Shown in pieces: positions 60,170 through 64,000 of a stretch of DNA of 64,000 nucleotides (its first letter is position 1; every line of letters begins with the position of its first letter). A program made the position numbers and the translations under genes. This stretch comes from Hemiscyllium ocellatum (taxonomy: Eukaryota), in assembly GCF_020745735.1 (NCBI RefSeq), contig NC_083449.1, positions 8,468,923-8,532,922 of the forward strand. Direction: 5' to 3'. The notes under the pieces were generated by a model. It saw nothing but the letters and a program-made list of their open reading frames with translations, was not told the origin of the DNA and did no database searches.

Positions 60170-61300
60170 GTGTGGCAATAAGCATAGCTGGTGGGAACAT
60201 TGCAACAATTATTCCAGTTCATCTCCTTCACACACACTTTCAACCATGACATCAAATTTACCTGGACCATCTCAGATACACCCCACCCCCTTCCAGGACC
60301 TTTTCCTCTCCATCTCCAACAAACGATTCAACACTAGCATCTGTTTAAAATCCACTGACTCACACACCTCCTCCGACCCAACTCCCCCATCAAAACGTGA
60401 TCCCTTACTCCCAATTCCTTTGCTTCAGCCGTATCTGCTCCCAGGGTGAACAATTTCATTCCACAACATCCCAGATGGCCTCCTACTCTGACGACCACAG
60501 TTTCTATACCCCGTGACCCACAATGACCTCAACCACATCTCCACGTTTTCCACACCTTTGGCCCTGAAACACCACTCCCCAACCACAGCAAGGAGAGAAT
60601 CCCCCTGGTCCTCACACCCCAATCTGCAAATCCAGTGCATCATCTTCCACCAATTCCTCCAGCTATAGTCAGACCCCATCACCAATACAATATTTCCCTC
60701 CCTACCCCATCCGCTTTCCAAAGGGGCCATTCACTCTTCGACTCCCTCATGAGGTTGACACACCCAACCAATCTCTCTTCCATATTGGCATCTTTCCCAG
60801 TGTCTAAAGGAGCTAGGAAATCTGATCCCACATGTCTCCTCTTACCTTTGTCCAAGGCCCAAAAGAATCATTCTAAATCTGACAGAGGTTCATCTTCATT
60901 TCTTCTAACCTGATTTATTGCATCCATTGCTCCCAATGTGGTTTCCTCTACATCAGATATTGAACAACAACTCGGGGACATGTTCAGAGAATATCTGTGG
61001 TCTCTACGCTCCAATCACCACCACCTTCCGGTTCCTGCCATTTCAACTCACCTTCACACTCCCCCAATGTCATGTCCACCCTGGGTCCAGTGAGTCATCA
61101 CAATCACCTTCAATGTACATCTACGTTTCGCCATCCCACCTACCTTCCCCCCAACCTGACACCCCTCCTTCTAATTATTCCTTAGCCAGCTTCCCCAACC
61201 GCAGAACTGATGAAGATCCTGGCCTGAAACTTCGACTCCCCTGCTCCTCTAATGCTGCTGGAACTGCTATGCGTTTTCCAGCTCTACACTTTATCGGCTA
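60170..61300 (+). mobile_element. Penelope-like element family A, old 3' portion
   Basis: PFQDLFLSIS...KSTDSH (PLE RT C-terminal motif); homologous to the reverse complement of 47918-49075; ends CTGATGAAG...GAAACTTC at ~61207-61235. Confidence 0.75.
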
Positions 61301-62649
61301 TTTGGTGTAATATCTTAGCTTCCATATAGAAACAGAAAATCACAGGTTTCATGCCTTAGGCCCATCATATTAATCCTGCATGCCCACAGCTGTCTATTCA
61401 TGGTTGCCTTGTATTAATCATTCATCGCAATTGCTGGTCAGCTTACCGATCCCCAGAGCGCAGTTAATGGTCAGCTGCATGGATGTGGGGAACAGGAGTC
61501 ACATGGAAGCCAGACCGTGTCAGGAGCGGCAAATTTCCCTCCCATAAGGTCATTAGTAGCCCTTTAAATTCCAGATTTTTATTATTAGGTCATGCTATCG
61601 CATAACAGATCCTTTCGCTCTTCTGCCCTTTAGTTTTCAACTCCCCTTCTCTATGGAGAAGAACATGTGGTGTTCACCTTATCTGTGCCCTTGTGATTTT
61701 GTAAACCACTATAAAGTCAGCCCTCAGCCTCCTTCACTCCAGGTGTAAAAAATGTCCCACGTTATCCATATGACTCAAACTCTTCATTTTCGTTTACAGC
61801 TTTATAAACCTTATTCTCACTATTTTAAAGTCAAATTCCACAATCTGCCATGACGACATCTGAACGCAGATCACTCCCTGCCTCACTGGATTAATGGGCT
61901 ACTGGTAACACCACTAAGCCATCACACGGCTGGTCTGTGGTTTGAGTCTGCAGCCTTATGAAGTGTCATTCTACAATCTTCTAATTTGTAATGAAAATTT
62001 CGATCATGTCTCTGTCCAAAACTCAGAATTTGAATTCATGATCTAAACCACAAAATTAGAAGTATTTTTATGTCCTTTGCTGCACTAGTCAATCCATCTT
62101 GAACGTTTGTGGTCTGGTTTGCTCACTGTCCTTGAATGAGGACAATGCCATCCCCATTGCCCCAGCCCACACTACTTGTCCCATTCCCTCTCGAAGTTTA
62201 CCTCGGTTAAAAAGAGAGAACCACATTTTTCTTTACTATCCCTGACAAATCAACAGGGTCTTGGGAACCTTTTCAGCACAACCACAATTTCTTCTGCACA
62301 GTTCTTAAATTACGAAGCAAAAGAGAAAGGGTATTGTGAGTACATTATGACATGAAGAGTTGCATCATTCAACGACATACGTGCGAAAACAGATTTGCAG
62401 AGATGTCACAAAGACTCTGTGGTCTGGGTTATATGGAGATGCTGGATAACTTGGAAAGTTTTTCCTCAGAGTGTCGGAACTGGAGGCATATAAAATCATG
62501 AGTAGCATGGATAGGGTGAATAGCCAGTTTTTTTCCCTGGGGTGGGGAGTCCAAAACCTTCAGGACATAGGTTTAACGTGAGTGGGGAAAGATGTAAAAA
62601 CGACCTGATGGGCAATCTTTTCACATAGAGGGCTTGTGTGCCTGTGCGT

Positions 62650-62681
<32 letters not shown>

Positions 62682-63289
62682 TGGGGGGGGAGGAGAGTGG
62701 GTATTTTGGGGGAGGTGATGGGGGGGTGAACGAGCTTCTAGAGGAAGTAGTAGATGCAGGTAAAATTACAACAGTTAAAAGATATATGGACAGCAACATA
62801 GATAGGAAAGGTTTAGAGGGATATAGGCCAAACGTAGGCAAATAGAACAAGCTCATGTTAGGAAATCTGGTCAGCATGGACGAATGAGGACAAAGGGCCT
62901 ATTTCCATGCTGCCTGACCTGACTCTATTTGGCTATGATGTGTCACAACCATCGACATGGGTAATATTTACGGATTGTAACAGACTCCACAAAAACTAAG
63001 GTTTGTTTTATGAGGAGAGACTGTCGAGGTTGTTCAGAGGTTAGAAGGATGCATACTTGTTTGTTGGTTAGCTCGATTGGATGGACACACAGTGATGCCA
63101 ACAGTGTGGCTCAATTATTGAACCAGCTGGAGTGACCATGAAGGATTCTCATTCCCAATCTCTCCCCTTGCCTGAGCTGTGGTGACCCTCAAATTAATCC
63201 ACCAGCTATCCCCCTCACACATGATAGCGTGGGATGGGGGTAACTTTATAATGTTTAATTTTAGTCATAGGATGCAAATAACAGATTGA

Positions 63290-63545
63290 CAGATGAGACA
63301 GGAGAAAACACAGATATTAATGAACTAAAACCTGCAACTCATTCTAAAAGAGGAAAGAGTTAACAGCAATCTAGTTGAGTAGTTGAATCAATGTTCAATA
63401 CATGGTATCAGTTGCATGACACTGTGATCTTTTGCTACAAATTCAGTGTCTTATTAGCCTGCTCCCAGCTGCCTGAGGAAGGAGAAGCGATCTGACAGCT
63501 AGAATTTCCCAAAAAGTCTGTTGGAGTATAATCTGGTGCTGTCTT
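63290..63545 (+). mobile_element. Penelope-like family B 3' region, decayed
   Basis: Homologous to the reverse complement of 20100-20330. Confidence 0.65.
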
Positions 63546-63549
63546 ATTA

Positions 63550-63952
63550 CACTAAAAACAGTCAGGTAGTTTGAAAGCTACTGGACCCAAAGAAGCAGCT
63601 CCATGCTAGTACCCTCTCTAGAACATCTCTCCTGAAAGAACCTGCGTTTCACTGTATCTTTTGTCCCAAGGGGCATTTATGGAGAAGGTGCAAGTATTTG
63701 GAACAGCATCATTAAGTTGGGTTGATCTATTGGGCTTTTGGACAGGTTAAGTTATTCAGTGTTCAGTTCTCTTTTATTTGTGTTTCTTTCAGTATTCCTT
63801 TGAATATATTCTATTTTGTTTAAAACTACCAGGTTTGAACAACTGCATCCCTCCTGAAATATGCACTATACACCTGCTTAAAATAACTAGCAATGTTAGG
63901 GTCTGGGCTACATTCTTGAAATGTTTTGAAGGAGTCTAGCTTGGTCCATGAC
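63550..63952 (+). mobile_element. Partial LTR of the Gypsy family seen at 13782-14400
   Basis: Colinear homology over ~400 bp with the reverse complement of 13782-14190; ends ...CATGACA. Confidence 0.8.
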
Positions 63953-64000
63953 AATAAGCCTTGCTCTTCGTTAGTGCAAGCCAAGCCCAACACATACGGA

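Noticed and set aside
58953-64000. Signal peptide or N-terminal Ig exons of the receptor
   Set aside because: No Ig-like ORF found; very small leader exons cannot be called reliably by eye, and the 5' end probably lies outside the window.

Overview
Eukaryotic (vertebrate) genomic DNA, very likely a shark: it carries several HE1-type tRNA-derived SINEs with (AATCT)n tails and abundant CR1 LINEs. The species assignment is inference from repeats. Positions 4.3-8.5 kb hold three intact replication-dependent histone genes (H2B+, H2A+, H4-) with promoters and 3' stem-loops; no H3 or H1 is in the window. Positions 43.9-59.0 kb (minus strand) hold the 3' ten exons of an FCRL/PECAM-like immunoglobulin-superfamily receptor, which I assembled by hand into one open frame (4 Ig domains, TM, 5 cytoplasmic exons, 3 ITIMs); its 5' exons were not found in the window. 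The rest is dense, nested repeats: CR1, SINEs, a Gypsy remnant, minisatellites and many Penelope-like element (PLE) fragments. The most striking structure is in the PLEs. Up to four families carry minimal hammerhead-ribozyme motifs (two with intact cores, two reconstructed from decayed copies). Many insertions share one architecture (inverted arm, sense end, ~34-nt unpaired tail, ~15-bp target duplication), including a near-perfect 379-bp-arm palindrome at 28.4-29.2 kb. Other points of interest are an H4 T54I variant, an H2B gene with an atypical 3' processing signal, an orphan E2F/CHR promoter module and a possible spliced non-coding transcript divergent from H4. Repeat boundaries are approximate and were read by eye; no database search was possible.
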